Origin: a virus
Virus record (IMG/VR): IMGVR_UViG_3300042468_000945
Span: 1 to 64,000 of that record
DNA length: 64,000 bases
Direction: 5' to 3' (one strand)
Shown here: positions 43,688-53,338 of the stretch, piece after piece
Layout: every line of letters starts with the position of its first letter
Position numbering within the stretch: position 1 is the stretch's first letter
Notes under the pieces: generated by a model
What the model was told of the DNA's origin: nothing
The model's input: only the letters and a program-made list of their open reading frames with translations
The model's database searches: none
Position numbers and translations under genes: made by a program

Positions 43688-46066
43688 TCAGTCTTCAGTA
43701 ATTGTGATGTCAGATATTGTATGATACTCAGAACCAAAAGTTTTAGCCTCAACATAGATAGAAAGAACATTTCTTCTATACTCCATTGGAAACTTGGTTA
43801 CAGGCAATACAACGTTAAGAACTGGGTTGTCATTAAAAATAGAGTGTCCAATAACGTGTTCTAGTGGAATTTCAACTTGACCAAATTTTGTTAAGTCAAT
43901 TGTAACTGGGTTTATGTTAAAACTAGAATCATTAGCGTTTGAAAAATCTAATTCTATGTTTTGACCTATTTGTGTTGGCCAAAGAGCAGTAGCACTTCTT
44001 TCTGGGCTAAGACCAATTTTTATTTCATTAGCATCCCAACTCTTGCCACCAGGACTAACGACTAAATCAGTAAGAGTAAATTTAAGTTTCAAGTTGTCAT
44101 TAGTCAAATCAATTGTACCTGGTAATCTAATAAACAAACTAAACCTTGCACCACCAGTACCAGTTGATGTTCTTCGTACTGTAACTCCACTAGGTGAAAA
44201 AGTAATGGGATTATTACCTATTTGCCAGTAATGTTGTTGTGGTCCTACGCTATCATAAAAACCTGGGAATGGTATAGGAGGATCATAATCTGAAACACTC
44301 CAAGTAACATCTCTACCCCTTTGAATTGTGCTTAAAGGATCATCCCATTTAATTACTGTAGTAACAGGTTGGGTAGTAGTGCCACTACTGCTGTACGTTT
44401 CTATGTTGTCTAGTGTTATTTGACTATTAAGACCAGCTTTAACAAATAACGTATTTAAAGAAATACTTATAGGAGAAAAATCTGTTCCTGATGTAAAAAC
44501 AACATCATCAAATAAAGTGAATCTATTTCCATTATGCCCCTCACCAACTATTCGTTTAGGACAAGCAAACACACCAGGAGCACCAGTTGAGATGCCAGTA
44601 ACACTATCTGTGTAACTTAATAAAGTGCTCCAAGCTCCCCCACTTACTGATTCATTCAATGAAATAACATCGCCTTCTGCTTTAAATTGATACTTATAGT
44701 CGTCGGTTAAGGTACTAAATTGAAGAAGCTGAGAATTAGTCAAAATCTCCATTGACCCTGTTTGATTTCCAGCTGGTGTCTTAGCCTCTTCCATAACTAA
44801 AGACAATCCAGGTACACCACCACCAACAGTTGTTGACAATAATACATTTGAAGTTAAGTCTACTGTATTTGGGAATGTTCCCTTTATTGCAGATAAAACA
44901 CAATTATTGAACTTGACTAGTCTTGCAGTCCTAGGAGCTTGTTCAGTCAAAGGCGTAGCTGTGGTACTGTTAGTACCATTACTATCACCTAAAAGTACAC
45001 CATAACCGTTTACCTTTAAACTTCCACTGATTGGGTCTTTGCTTTGAACATTCCTTAACAAGAAACCAACAGCACCAAACGGAGTATTATAAAACGTTGT
45101 GTTAGACCAGAATCCTGTCAATCTAAACGTAACTGATTGATCAGAATCAAAGTTATTATCAAAAAAGGTATAAGACCCATAACGTCCAGCGGCCCTAAAA
45201 GCTGACGACATTGCTAGGGATGGTTTGCCGTTAGATACACCAAAACCATAACCACCAAAAGAACTGTTTGCCGGGAACCAACCAACAAATGGCCAAGGCT
45301 GTCCAGAATTGCCACTAGTCCCATAAAACCAATCGTATTTACTATGATCAAGGAAACCAAATTTTCTGTGAAGGTCATACTCTAAAGTGTTTCCTACAAG
45401 GTATACTGTAGTAGCTGGGAAACCAGGAACATCAACTTCTCTTCTCGGCCATTTCAATGAATCATTAAGCGACCTATTACTATCGTCTTGTTTAGAAAAC
45501 GAACCAGTTTTTAAGTTCTTGTTTAAAGTAGAAATATAGGCTACGTACTGTCTACCACTAACAGGGGTGACTGTACATTGAAAACTATTTTTACCTAGAA
45601 GAGTATTCCATGCTTCCCTACTTGAAGGGGAAGATGTTGCATATATTCCCTTTACTGTTGAAGGCGATGCTGAAACTTCATCTGCTCTAATAGCTAAAGA
45701 AAATCCTCTATCAAGGAATGGCGTACTTCCAAATAATGCTGGTGTTGTAAAAGTAAAACTTTCGTTATTAGTATTTAATGTTATTCCTGTGACTACTTGA
45801 CTAATGTATATATCTGTAGGTTGTATTGTGTTTCCACTTGGGTAATAACTTATTAAATTAGATCCGCCTAACGTTGTCAGGTTATTTTGTAAAGTAATAA
45901 CAGCATCAAAATAATGATTGATATGGTCTGCCAACTCTAAACTATCAGGAGCTAATGTGATATAAGACTGTTTTATTGCGAACTCATCTAGTTCACTTTC
46001 AGTTGGGTTAAAAGTTGATAATTGTCCTGTTCTATATCCTGCCATTATTTCATTCTCCCCATACAA
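43688..46066 (-). CDS. putative tail fibre/receptor-binding protein
   Basis: 792 aa, beta-rich and rich in G/S/T; GAWSTLLSYTDS segment shared with the next gene. Confidence 0.6.
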   Translation of the reverse strand: MYGENEIMAGYRTGQLSTFNPTESELDEFAIKQSYITLAPDSLELADHINHYFDAVITLQNNLTTLGGSNLISYYPSGNTIQPTDIYISQVVTGITLNTNNESFTFTTPALFGSTPFLDRGFSLAIRADEVSASPSTVKGIYATSSPSSREAWNTLLGKNSFQCTVTPVSGRQYVAYISTLNKNLKTGSFSKQDDSNRSLNDSLKWPRREVDVPGFPATTVYLVGNTLEYDLHRKFGFLDHSKYDWFYGTSGNSGQPWPFVGWFPANSSFGGYGFGVSNGKPSLAMSSAFRAAGRYGSYTFFDNNFDSDQSVTFRLTGFWSNTTFYNTPFGAVGFLLRNVQSKDPISGSLKVNGYGVLLGDSNGTNSTTATPLTEQAPRTARLVKFNNCVLSAIKGTFPNTVDLTSNVLLSTTVGGGVPGLSLVMEEAKTPAGNQTGSMEILTNSQLLQFSTLTDDYKYQFKAEGDVISLNESVSGGAWSTLLSYTDSVTGISTGAPGVFACPKRIVGEGHNGNRFTLFDDVVFTSGTDFSPISISLNTLFVKAGLNSQITLDNIETYSSSGTTTQPVTTVIKWDDPLSTIQRGRDVTWSVSDYDPPIPFPGFYDSVGPQQHYWQIGNNPITFSPSGVTVRRTSTGTGGARFSLFIRLPGTIDLTNDNLKLKFTLTDLVVSPGGKSWDANEIKIGLSPERSATALWPTQIGQNIELDFSNANDSSFNINPVTIDLTKFGQVEIPLEHVIGHSIFNDNPVLNVVLPVTKFPMEYRRNVLSIYVEAKTFGSEYHTISDITITED

Positions 46067-48045
46067 ATAAATCTTGCTTCAAACACCACTTCAGGTCTTG
46101 TTTGTCCTTGCTTTAATCCAAAAACAAGATCTTCAAAGATTAGGTTTGTTGCGGTATTTACTTGGGTAGTAGGTATTGGTAAAGTTGCTCCAATGTTGAT
46201 TAGTCCAGATTTTGCTGGTACAGTTATTGGAGATGATGAGTCTGCGTAGGTTAGTAATGTTTCCCATTCACCAGTATCAGTATTAAATTCTTTTAGATTT
46301 AATGTACTAACTGCTCCACTTGTAGTTACAGAAAATTCATATGTTGGCCTATCACTTGTCCAATCATCGTCAGGATAACTAGTCAAAAGAGTTGCTGATG
46401 TTAGTGCAGTAATATTAGTAACTGAAGGGAATGTAGACCAGCTTGCAGCATTACTATAATTTGCATAAGCATAGTTAGAACTAATATTCCAACCAGAAAG
46501 CTTAACTAACCAAGCCGCAGTAGTTGTGGCTGTTTCTGTATTTGAGCCTCTTGTGAACAATACAGCATAAGCATTTAAGGTGGATGCTGTTGGTAATGAT
46601 CCATACAGGAAAAGACCTCCTCTAAAGAAGTCGCTTGTAGATGAACCTATCCCTTTAAGGATATTAAACCTTGCATACTCATAACCTATTGTCGTATTTG
46701 TTTCTCTTATGCCTTTGCTTACTGTATCATTATCAAGCACAATAGCTTTAATACCTTTTTTATAAGTTACTTCTCCATCTACATCTGTTTTTGTAAGAAG
46801 AGCTACCCTGAAAGGTGCGGCTACGCTATCACCAACATAAGCTGATATATATGTTCCAAGCAATCCAGAAATTTTAGTACTATTGTTAACGTTTTCTGGT
46901 ATAGTCATTAGCTCACTATAACCTTGAATTGCACTAGCGGCTCCGTCATTTGGTATGAATAAACCAGAATAACCATTAGCCTCAATTTCATCTGCTAAAC
47001 TTAAGCTATCGTTTGATCCAAGCCTAAAAGAAAGTCTATGTTTTGATGTTCCGTTTTTTGTATTTAAATTGTAATTGTTTAAACTACATACTAATGGTTT
47101 TTTAGTTTCAATTAAGTTTTTAGTTGCAACCCACCCGTAACCTGAAAGAAAATCAAAATCAATTTCTTTACCATCTGGAATTTTAATTAGATTTCTATTT
47201 AATGTTTTAATTCCTGTTGAAGTTATTTTTGATTCTGCCCCATTTTTAACTTCATCATATATTAAGTCTGATGAAAAGTCGCTTACTGTACCAGAAACAA
47301 ATAACGTAGTTAAAATTAAGTTCTCCCCAGACAAACCACCGACAGCCTTTAAGTTTGTACTGGTTTCGTTTTGATCTACAAAAATTCTTTGTAGGTTATA
47401 TAAACCATCACCAAGCAAGTTAACATCTGCACTTCTAACAACAGCAGAATCATCCACACCATTATTCTTTACTGGAAATATAACATCGGCTTGAGTTGCT
47501 AATACAGTTTTTGGTACAGGTGCTCGTGATCCTACAAGATGATCTTCTAGTGTGTAGTATGCTATTACTTTAATGTTTGATAAAGTAATTTGGGATGTTC
47601 CTTCTCTTCTAAAAGAAACAGCAAAACTACTGCTGTTAAAATCAAACCTAGACCAAAAAGACCTTGACCAATTATCGCTTACTGAACCAGTAACTACAGT
47701 TGAACCGCTAAGACCAGTTAAAACAATTGATTTTTCTGTCCCACCCTCTACAATTACGTTTGTATTTGAAAGTGCTCCAATATTAATTTTTAATATGTCA
47801 GAACCTGTAAATGTTCCAGATGTAGATACATCAAAACTTACAGCAACACCACTTACTTTAGCATCTAATGGCACTCCAGCAGTAAAGCTTTGAAGAAACA
47901 TAATCGCCTCTCCAGAAGTTGAGTGCCCAGAACCTAAACTCCAAGTTCCTCCTAATCCAAATCCAGGGACGCCTGTACCAGTCCAGGTATTTGGACTAGT
48001 CGGAGAAGCAGCCACTGCTTGAGGAATTAAATCTATGTTTGCCAT
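46045..48045 (-). CDS. putative tail fibre/receptor-binding protein
   Basis: 666 aa, beta-rich; GEWETLLTYADS. Confidence 0.6.
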   Translation of the reverse strand: MANIDLIPQAVAASPTSPNTWTGTGVPGFGLGGTWSLGSGHSTSGEAIMFLQSFTAGVPLDAKVSGVAVSFDVSTSGTFTGSDILKINIGALSNTNVIVEGGTEKSIVLTGLSGSTVVTGSVSDNWSRSFWSRFDFNSSSFAVSFRREGTSQITLSNIKVIAYYTLEDHLVGSRAPVPKTVLATQADVIFPVKNNGVDDSAVVRSADVNLLGDGLYNLQRIFVDQNETSTNLKAVGGLSGENLILTTLFVSGTVSDFSSDLIYDEVKNGAESKITSTGIKTLNRNLIKIPDGKEIDFDFLSGYGWVATKNLIETKKPLVCSLNNYNLNTKNGTSKHRLSFRLGSNDSLSLADEIEANGYSGLFIPNDGAASAIQGYSELMTIPENVNNSTKISGLLGTYISAYVGDSVAAPFRVALLTKTDVDGEVTYKKGIKAIVLDNDTVSKGIRETNTTIGYEYARFNILKGIGSSTSDFFRGGLFLYGSLPTASTLNAYAVLFTRGSNTETATTTAAWLVKLSGWNISSNYAYANYSNAASWSTFPSVTNITALTSATLLTSYPDDDWTSDRPTYEFSVTTSGAVSTLNLKEFNTDTGEWETLLTYADSSSPITVPAKSGLINIGATLPIPTTQVNTATNLIFEDLVFGLKQGQTRPEVVFEARFICMGRMK

Positions 48046-48047
48046 AA

Positions 48048-48740
48048 TTAACTTAAGCTCTGTATTGTAATTTTAAGTTCGGGTCTTTGAATAGTACTAC
48101 TTTTCCATATGTCTAAAGTGTTACCATATTCTGCATCACCTGAACTTATTTGATAGTCTATAACAACACCCCTAATTAAAATAGTATTTGTCCCTACAAA
48201 AGCAGATACTATAACTTGATTTTTGTTGGGTGCTTTTGTAGTAAGACTAAATTTTTGAGTGTCGTTTATTACTAAATTTCCACTAACAAGTGTTTTAGAA
48301 CTTATTGGGGAAACAGCACCAAAAACTTTGCTTAATTCTAGTGAACTAGATTTCTCCAATAAAAAGTCAAATTCTGTCCTATTCTTTTGAATAAAATAAG
48401 GATCACCCGAGAATGTTACTACAAATTCAAAAGGAATAACATTACCTGGAAGTCTTAAGTCTGTCCCAACAGAAGCATCATAAGCACTATAAGTTAACAC
48501 ATCTTTTAAACTAACTCTAAAAGTATATGGAAAACTTAATCTTTTAACAGAACCATCACCAACACCAGCTTGACCATCTACAAGCAAAAGATAAGCTTTA
48601 ACAACAAAGTTTCTTACTTTATTGTAATGTTCCGCATAAAACTTTTCATCTTCATCAACAACAGATGATTCATTATTAAACACTGTTGGAAAATCAATGT
48701 CTTTAGACAGGGGCCAATTTATTCTATCATTGTATGGCAT
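48048..48740 (-). CDS. putative structural protein
   Basis: 230-aa ORF in the structural operon. Confidence 0.6.
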   Translation of the reverse strand: MPYNDRINWPLSKDIDFPTVFNNESSVVDEDEKFYAEHYNKVRNFVVKAYLLLVDGQAGVGDGSVKRLSFPYTFRVSLKDVLTYSAYDASVGTDLRLPGNVIPFEFVVTFSGDPYFIQKNRTEFDFLLEKSSSLELSKVFGAVSPISSKTLVSGNLVINDTQKFSLTTKAPNKNQVIVSAFVGTNTILIRGVVIDYQISSGDAEYGNTLDIWKSSTIQRPELKITIQSLS

Positions 48741-50302
48741 TATGTTACATCCTCAAACACCAGCTCAAATTTGATGCCCGGCGGTATTCTTTGTCTTACA
48801 ATTTCATCAACTTCAGGTTCTGTAAACTCTCCGCCATTGACTACTAATACAGATGGGTCTATTTTAACCGTGATTAATCCACCCTCTTGAACAGGTTGAC
48901 CATCCCAAATACCTAAATCGTAATAACTCTTCAAAGTAGTCAGAGCATCTGGTTCTGAATTGATTTTATTGAAATCAAATTCATCAGGTACACCACCACC
49001 TCTCACACGAATATCAGCAATCTTAACAGCATTAACATTTAACGGTGCTCTTAATAAAGCTCTACCTAGGGGAAGCATAGACGGAATTTTTCTTGAAAAA
49101 ATATCTCTCTTAGGTACACTGTTCTCATCATAATAGTTTCTACCAAATAAAGCAAAACCATATGTGTTAGCTGGGCCTTCTGAGAGTTTAGGAATAATTT
49201 CTTCTACCTGAGCACCAACAGCATGCCTTACAAAATGAGTCTCCCCATAACTGTATCCGCTATAAAACTTTATTTCAAGTGTCTTTAAACCGCTAGAGTC
49301 TAGTGTATCATCAACTGAAAATGTTGCTACAGCTGAGGGTATTGCAAAGATTGTTACGTGTTCTAGTAAACAAGTAGAAGATGACCTTATAATATTAAAT
49401 CTATCATCACCAATTACATGTCCATATTCTGGATTTAAATCCAATGGGAAATAAGTGTTTTTAACATTGTCCCTATATCCCAGATACACATACTCATCAA
49501 GATAAGTTAGATACTCAATAAAAATTGAACTGTCTGAGTCTAAAGTATCTTTTACTTCAACCTTGCCAAGATCTTGATCTATGCTTTTAATATACTCAGC
49601 ACCTACTGTACTGTTATATTTAATTAAATTATTAACAGTAATGCTTAATATTTTTGAGCATTTGTTTGGTAATTCAATAGTGCTAGGACCAAGGGCAACT
49701 ACTTTACTAAGTAGTTTTTTGTACTTAACATCCGTACCAGGAAAAGTATCATCATTTGATGATTGTGTTAAACAATAGTTTGCCTCTGGAACGGAATAAA
49801 TTAAAAGACATTGTTTTCCTATTGCACCACTTCCTGCTAGTTCAGGTATGCTTCTAAACCATATATCTGATTGTTCATATTCTGGAATAGTATATGTTCT
49901 GTAAACGGTTCCTGGAGTAATACCAACTCCCCAACTCTCAGAATTTGTTCTTTGAACTCCATTAACTGAAATTGTAGAGTTCAATGCTTTTAATACGTAG
50001 TTAGATTTTACAACGGGAATTTGATTTGCCGTATCACTAATACTGAAAGCACCTAAACCTGTTGTAGTAGTTAATAAGTTAGTCCCATCATACGTTAACT
50101 TTAACTTAATTTTTGTTGAGTTAAAAGAGTTTGCTAATACGTATTCTCTTAATGCGTCAGAGTTTTCCTTTGCAAACTTAAAAGATTCTAGCAATGCAAC
50201 GCTGAAATCTGGTTGCATCATTGGTGCGGCAATAAAACCTATACCAACGGCAGACTCTTTATCACTAGGTGCGCCTCCAAACTGTAAATTTAGGTTGTTC
50301 AT
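48740..50302 (-). CDS. putative baseplate/tail structural protein
   Basis: 520 aa; LDLNPEYGH, DIRVRGGGV...YYDLGIWDG. Confidence 0.6.
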   Translation of the reverse strand: MNNLNLQFGGAPSDKESAVGIGFIAAPMMQPDFSVALLESFKFAKENSDALREYVLANSFNSTKIKLKLTYDGTNLLTTTTGLGAFSISDTANQIPVVKSNYVLKALNSTISVNGVQRTNSESWGVGITPGTVYRTYTIPEYEQSDIWFRSIPELAGSGAIGKQCLLIYSVPEANYCLTQSSNDDTFPGTDVKYKKLLSKVVALGPSTIELPNKCSKILSITVNNLIKYNSTVGAEYIKSIDQDLGKVEVKDTLDSDSSIFIEYLTYLDEYVYLGYRDNVKNTYFPLDLNPEYGHVIGDDRFNIIRSSSTCLLEHVTIFAIPSAVATFSVDDTLDSSGLKTLEIKFYSGYSYGETHFVRHAVGAQVEEIIPKLSEGPANTYGFALFGRNYYDENSVPKRDIFSRKIPSMLPLGRALLRAPLNVNAVKIADIRVRGGGVPDEFDFNKINSEPDALTTLKSYYDLGIWDGQPVQEGGLITVKIDPSVLVVNGGEFTEPEVDEIVRQRIPPGIKFELVFEDVT

Positions 50303-51993
50303 AGTTCTTCTAAAAATGTAATAATTGGAGATTGTCCACTATCTGAAAGAGCAATTAAATTATCAGTTTTATTTACAACCACTCCAAGTTCTTCATAAAC
50401 ACCGCCCAATGAAAACGGATTAGTAACATTAGAATTTATTTTGTGGGTAGCTTGATTTGTAGAAATAGTTTCGTTTCCGTTTGTATCTACAAATTGCAAT
50501 GTTGAACCGTTCTTAGATTTAATTTTAATTCCATTTGATGATTGTTTAGGGATACCATCAGCGTAGGTTGCTCCGACATAGAATTTAGAATAGCCTTTAC
50601 TTGTCCTAAGTTTTGATTGAACTATGTTTGCAACTCCCTGTATATACTTTGTACTGTTCAATGCACTTGAGGCTGGAAGAGCTAGGAAGTTTGCTGTTGC
50701 TGATATGTTGTTACTGGTTAAAGCTGATAAAAGAACTTGTCCAGTAACTCCAACATTTGGAGCTTGCATTAACCAATGGACTTCTCCTCTATTATCTGTT
50801 TTGGTTATAAATGACCCACTAGCTGTGGTTGTAGGTGTGGGTAGTACAAACACCGACCCAGAACCAGGAGAAAGATTAAACCCTAACCTAATCTGTGTCT
50901 GTGGTATAGGTAAACCGTCTCTATCCCATACCCTTACTGTAGCCTTTACCATTTCCTTCCAAGAACCAACAGCAGACACCTTATCAACACACAACTCAAC
51001 CTTAGTAGGCACTGCTACAGTACCTGTCAAAGAGTGGTATAAAAATCCAACCCTAAAAGCGTCTGAAAATAGTGGATTAAATTGTAATACTTGTCCAGTA
51101 ACAGGATTGGCAAGCATAACCATTGAAGGATATTCTGGAACTGATCTCTCGTAGTGTACGTTTAATGTTGCACCTGACGCTTCTGTATTGTATACATGAA
51201 TTGTAGAATGATCAATTAAACAGTAGCTTCTATCAATGTAGTATTCTAAACAAACCCAATCACCTTTACTTGTGTCTAAAGTGTGAGTAACTAATCCGTC
51301 GTTAACATCAGTGCAAGTAACAACAGTACTTCCCCTGCTTGCCTTAATATCTCTTGCTTTAAGATAACTAGCCCTAACAGTGCTATCACCCTCGTCAACA
51401 ACTACTTCCCTAATTTTTAGATTAGGAGTATAATTCATTGTGTCTAAGAAAACATTAACAGGGCTTGTTAACGAGTAAGCTGTAACCCTACCAGTATTAT
51501 GATCAAAGTGGTATGATTTGGGACTTTGTACATGTCCACTAACAGCTTCACAAGCAAGTGAAATGTTTGTAAGATCACGAGCACCTATTACAACTACACC
51601 TGTAGGTACTACGGTTGTGTAGACATAAGAACTACCTACTTGTGTCCAAGTGGCTGTTAAAGCTGGGAAGTATGAGTTTCTATGTTCAGTATATACATGC
51701 TCACTTGTATCGTCAATTACATAGTTAGGACCCCAACTAGGTCTAAATGAGCTTGAAGCATTAATAACACCACTAAGAGAGGCAACCGCAAAAGTTTCTT
51801 CTCCCTTTGATATATAAGAGTATTGTTCAATACCCTGATCATAAAAAAATCCTGGTTTGATGTATGAAATCCACTTGCCAGCATTACCGACACCTATGAC
51901 AAGTTTAAGATCATCTAAGTCTCCAATTCCATTAGAAGGATAACCTGTATTGTCTCTCCAGTTTAGGTAAGTAGTGTTACTCATATCAATCAA
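50299..51993 (-). CDS. putative baseplate/tail structural protein with an Ig-like (Big-like) C-terminal domain
   Basis: 564 aa; ATVRVWDRDGLPIP...TDNRGEV. Confidence 0.6.
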   Translation of the reverse strand: MIDMSNTTYLNWRDNTGYPSNGIGDLDDLKLVIGVGNAGKWISYIKPGFFYDQGIEQYSYISKGEETFAVASLSGVINASSSFRPSWGPNYVIDDTSEHVYTEHRNSYFPALTATWTQVGSSYVYTTVVPTGVVVIGARDLTNISLACEAVSGHVQSPKSYHFDHNTGRVTAYSLTSPVNVFLDTMNYTPNLKIREVVVDEGDSTVRASYLKARDIKASRGSTVVTCTDVNDGLVTHTLDTSKGDWVCLEYYIDRSYCLIDHSTIHVYNTEASGATLNVHYERSVPEYPSMVMLANPVTGQVLQFNPLFSDAFRVGFLYHSLTGTVAVPTKVELCVDKVSAVGSWKEMVKATVRVWDRDGLPIPQTQIRLGFNLSPGSGSVFVLPTPTTTASGSFITKTDNRGEVHWLMQAPNVGVTGQVLLSALTSNNISATANFLALPASSALNSTKYIQGVANIVQSKLRTSKGYSKFYVGATYADGIPKQSSNGIKIKSKNGSTLQFVDTNGNETISTNQATHKINSNVTNPFSLGGVYEELGVVVNKTDNLIALSDSGQSPIITFLEEL

Positions 51994-53311
51994 ATATAGA
52001 TGTCGTTTTACTTGGGAACTTAATTGAACCCCAATTAAACTTTTCTAGTTTTACTTCCTTTTTAATTAACTCTACGGAAGTTGGTACTATACCATAAAAT
52101 AGAGTGGGTGTTAAGTTATTATTTACAATAGTTAATCCATTAACTGTTGTTTCTACTTTAAAATTTTCCGTAAGATACTCAACATTTATTTGATTTCCTA
52201 CTCCTGTAAATAATTCCGCATTTAGAGGTTGAATAAGGTTTCCTGATACTGAATAATTTATTGGGTCTAAAACAGTACCATTAATTAAAATCTTAACTCC
52301 ACCATAAGGTTTCTTTGTAAGAACAAAATTACTACCTATTAAACTAGCTTTTTCTGTGAATGTACCATATTTATTTAATGATACTAAATTAGGTTGAGAC
52401 CATCCAGTTGCGTTGATAGTTAACGAATCCGTAGACATCCAAGAAATTGGTACTGATCTTCCAAGAGCGGAACTGATGTGTTGTTCAGGTTTAATAGAAA
52501 ATGCAGATGTCTGATATCTTTTCCTAAGAGATAAATTATCCTCACCAGAAAACCTAGTAATGTTAAATAAAGAGCTAGTTGTATCAAGTATGTTTTTATT
52601 GTCAATACTTGTAACTTTTGAGATTCTATTGTTTACTGAAACTTTTGAATCGGCATTTAACAATGCACTAAAATTAATACAACTATACCGTATGCGATAG
52701 TTACCAGGGTATTTAAAAAGTATTGAGTTATTATTTAAAACAAATTTTTCTGGTGAGATAGTGAAGACTTCACCAAAAACATTTGAATAAGCTACAATAG
52801 TATCTTTAATAGGTGGGTTTTCTGTAAAGATACTAGAAAAATTAAAAGCTCCAGAACTGTTTGTAGTTATTGAGTATTCTATTAAGTCAAGATTTTTTGC
52901 TATGACTTTGTTTTCGTGGACACAAAAAACAGGTTCATGGTTTATTTTTAGTAGATCTGAGAAAGTTTTTACTTGTCTAACTTCTCCAAATACGTGTCCA
53001 CTTGTTATCTGTCCGAGATTTAAAGATAGTTGCTCATAACTAACATCAGAAGTTACAAGAAAACAATTCCTTGTAACTTCTAACGAGTGAAAAAATTTTG
53101 TTGATACATCAACTAATTTAACATCTTCTTGTGTTTTTGTAATACACGTATGGTAGATAGAAGATAAATTAGTTGGCTTATTTTGAGGGTTGCCGGGGTT
53201 GTTTGTCTCAACTGCGGAGTCCATCCATCTAGGAATCCAAGCAGATGGGGTATTTACAAATCTATATGTTTCTTCAAATTGTTCAGAAATATTACTTGTA
53301 AATTCAGACAT
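51986..53311 (-). CDS. putative baseplate wedge protein (paralogue family B)
   Basis: IPRWM; LFNITRFSGEDNLSLRKR; ends in SIFD. Confidence 0.6.
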   Translation of the reverse strand: MSEFTSNISEQFEETYRFVNTPSAWIPRWMDSAVETNNPGNPQNKPTNLSSIYHTCITKTQEDVKLVDVSTKFFHSLEVTRNCFLVTSDVSYEQLSLNLGQITSGHVFGEVRQVKTFSDLLKINHEPVFCVHENKVIAKNLDLIEYSITTNSSGAFNFSSIFTENPPIKDTIVAYSNVFGEVFTISPEKFVLNNNSILFKYPGNYRIRYSCINFSALLNADSKVSVNNRISKVTSIDNKNILDTTSSLFNITRFSGEDNLSLRKRYQTSAFSIKPEQHISSALGRSVPISWMSTDSLTINATGWSQPNLVSLNKYGTFTEKASLIGSNFVLTKKPYGGVKILINGTVLDPINYSVSGNLIQPLNAELFTGVGNQINVEYLTENFKVETTVNGLTIVNNNLTPTLFYGIVPTSVELIKKEVKLEKFNWGSIKFPSKTTSIFD

Positions 53312-53325
53312 TCAACCCCTAACAT

Positions 53326-53335
53326 TAAATAGAGT
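53326..53335 (-). promoter_or_regulatory. candidate late-promoter motif ACTCTATTTA
   Basis: In the 27-nt gap between groEL and the first structural gene. Confidence 0.45.
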
Positions 53336-53338
53336 CGT

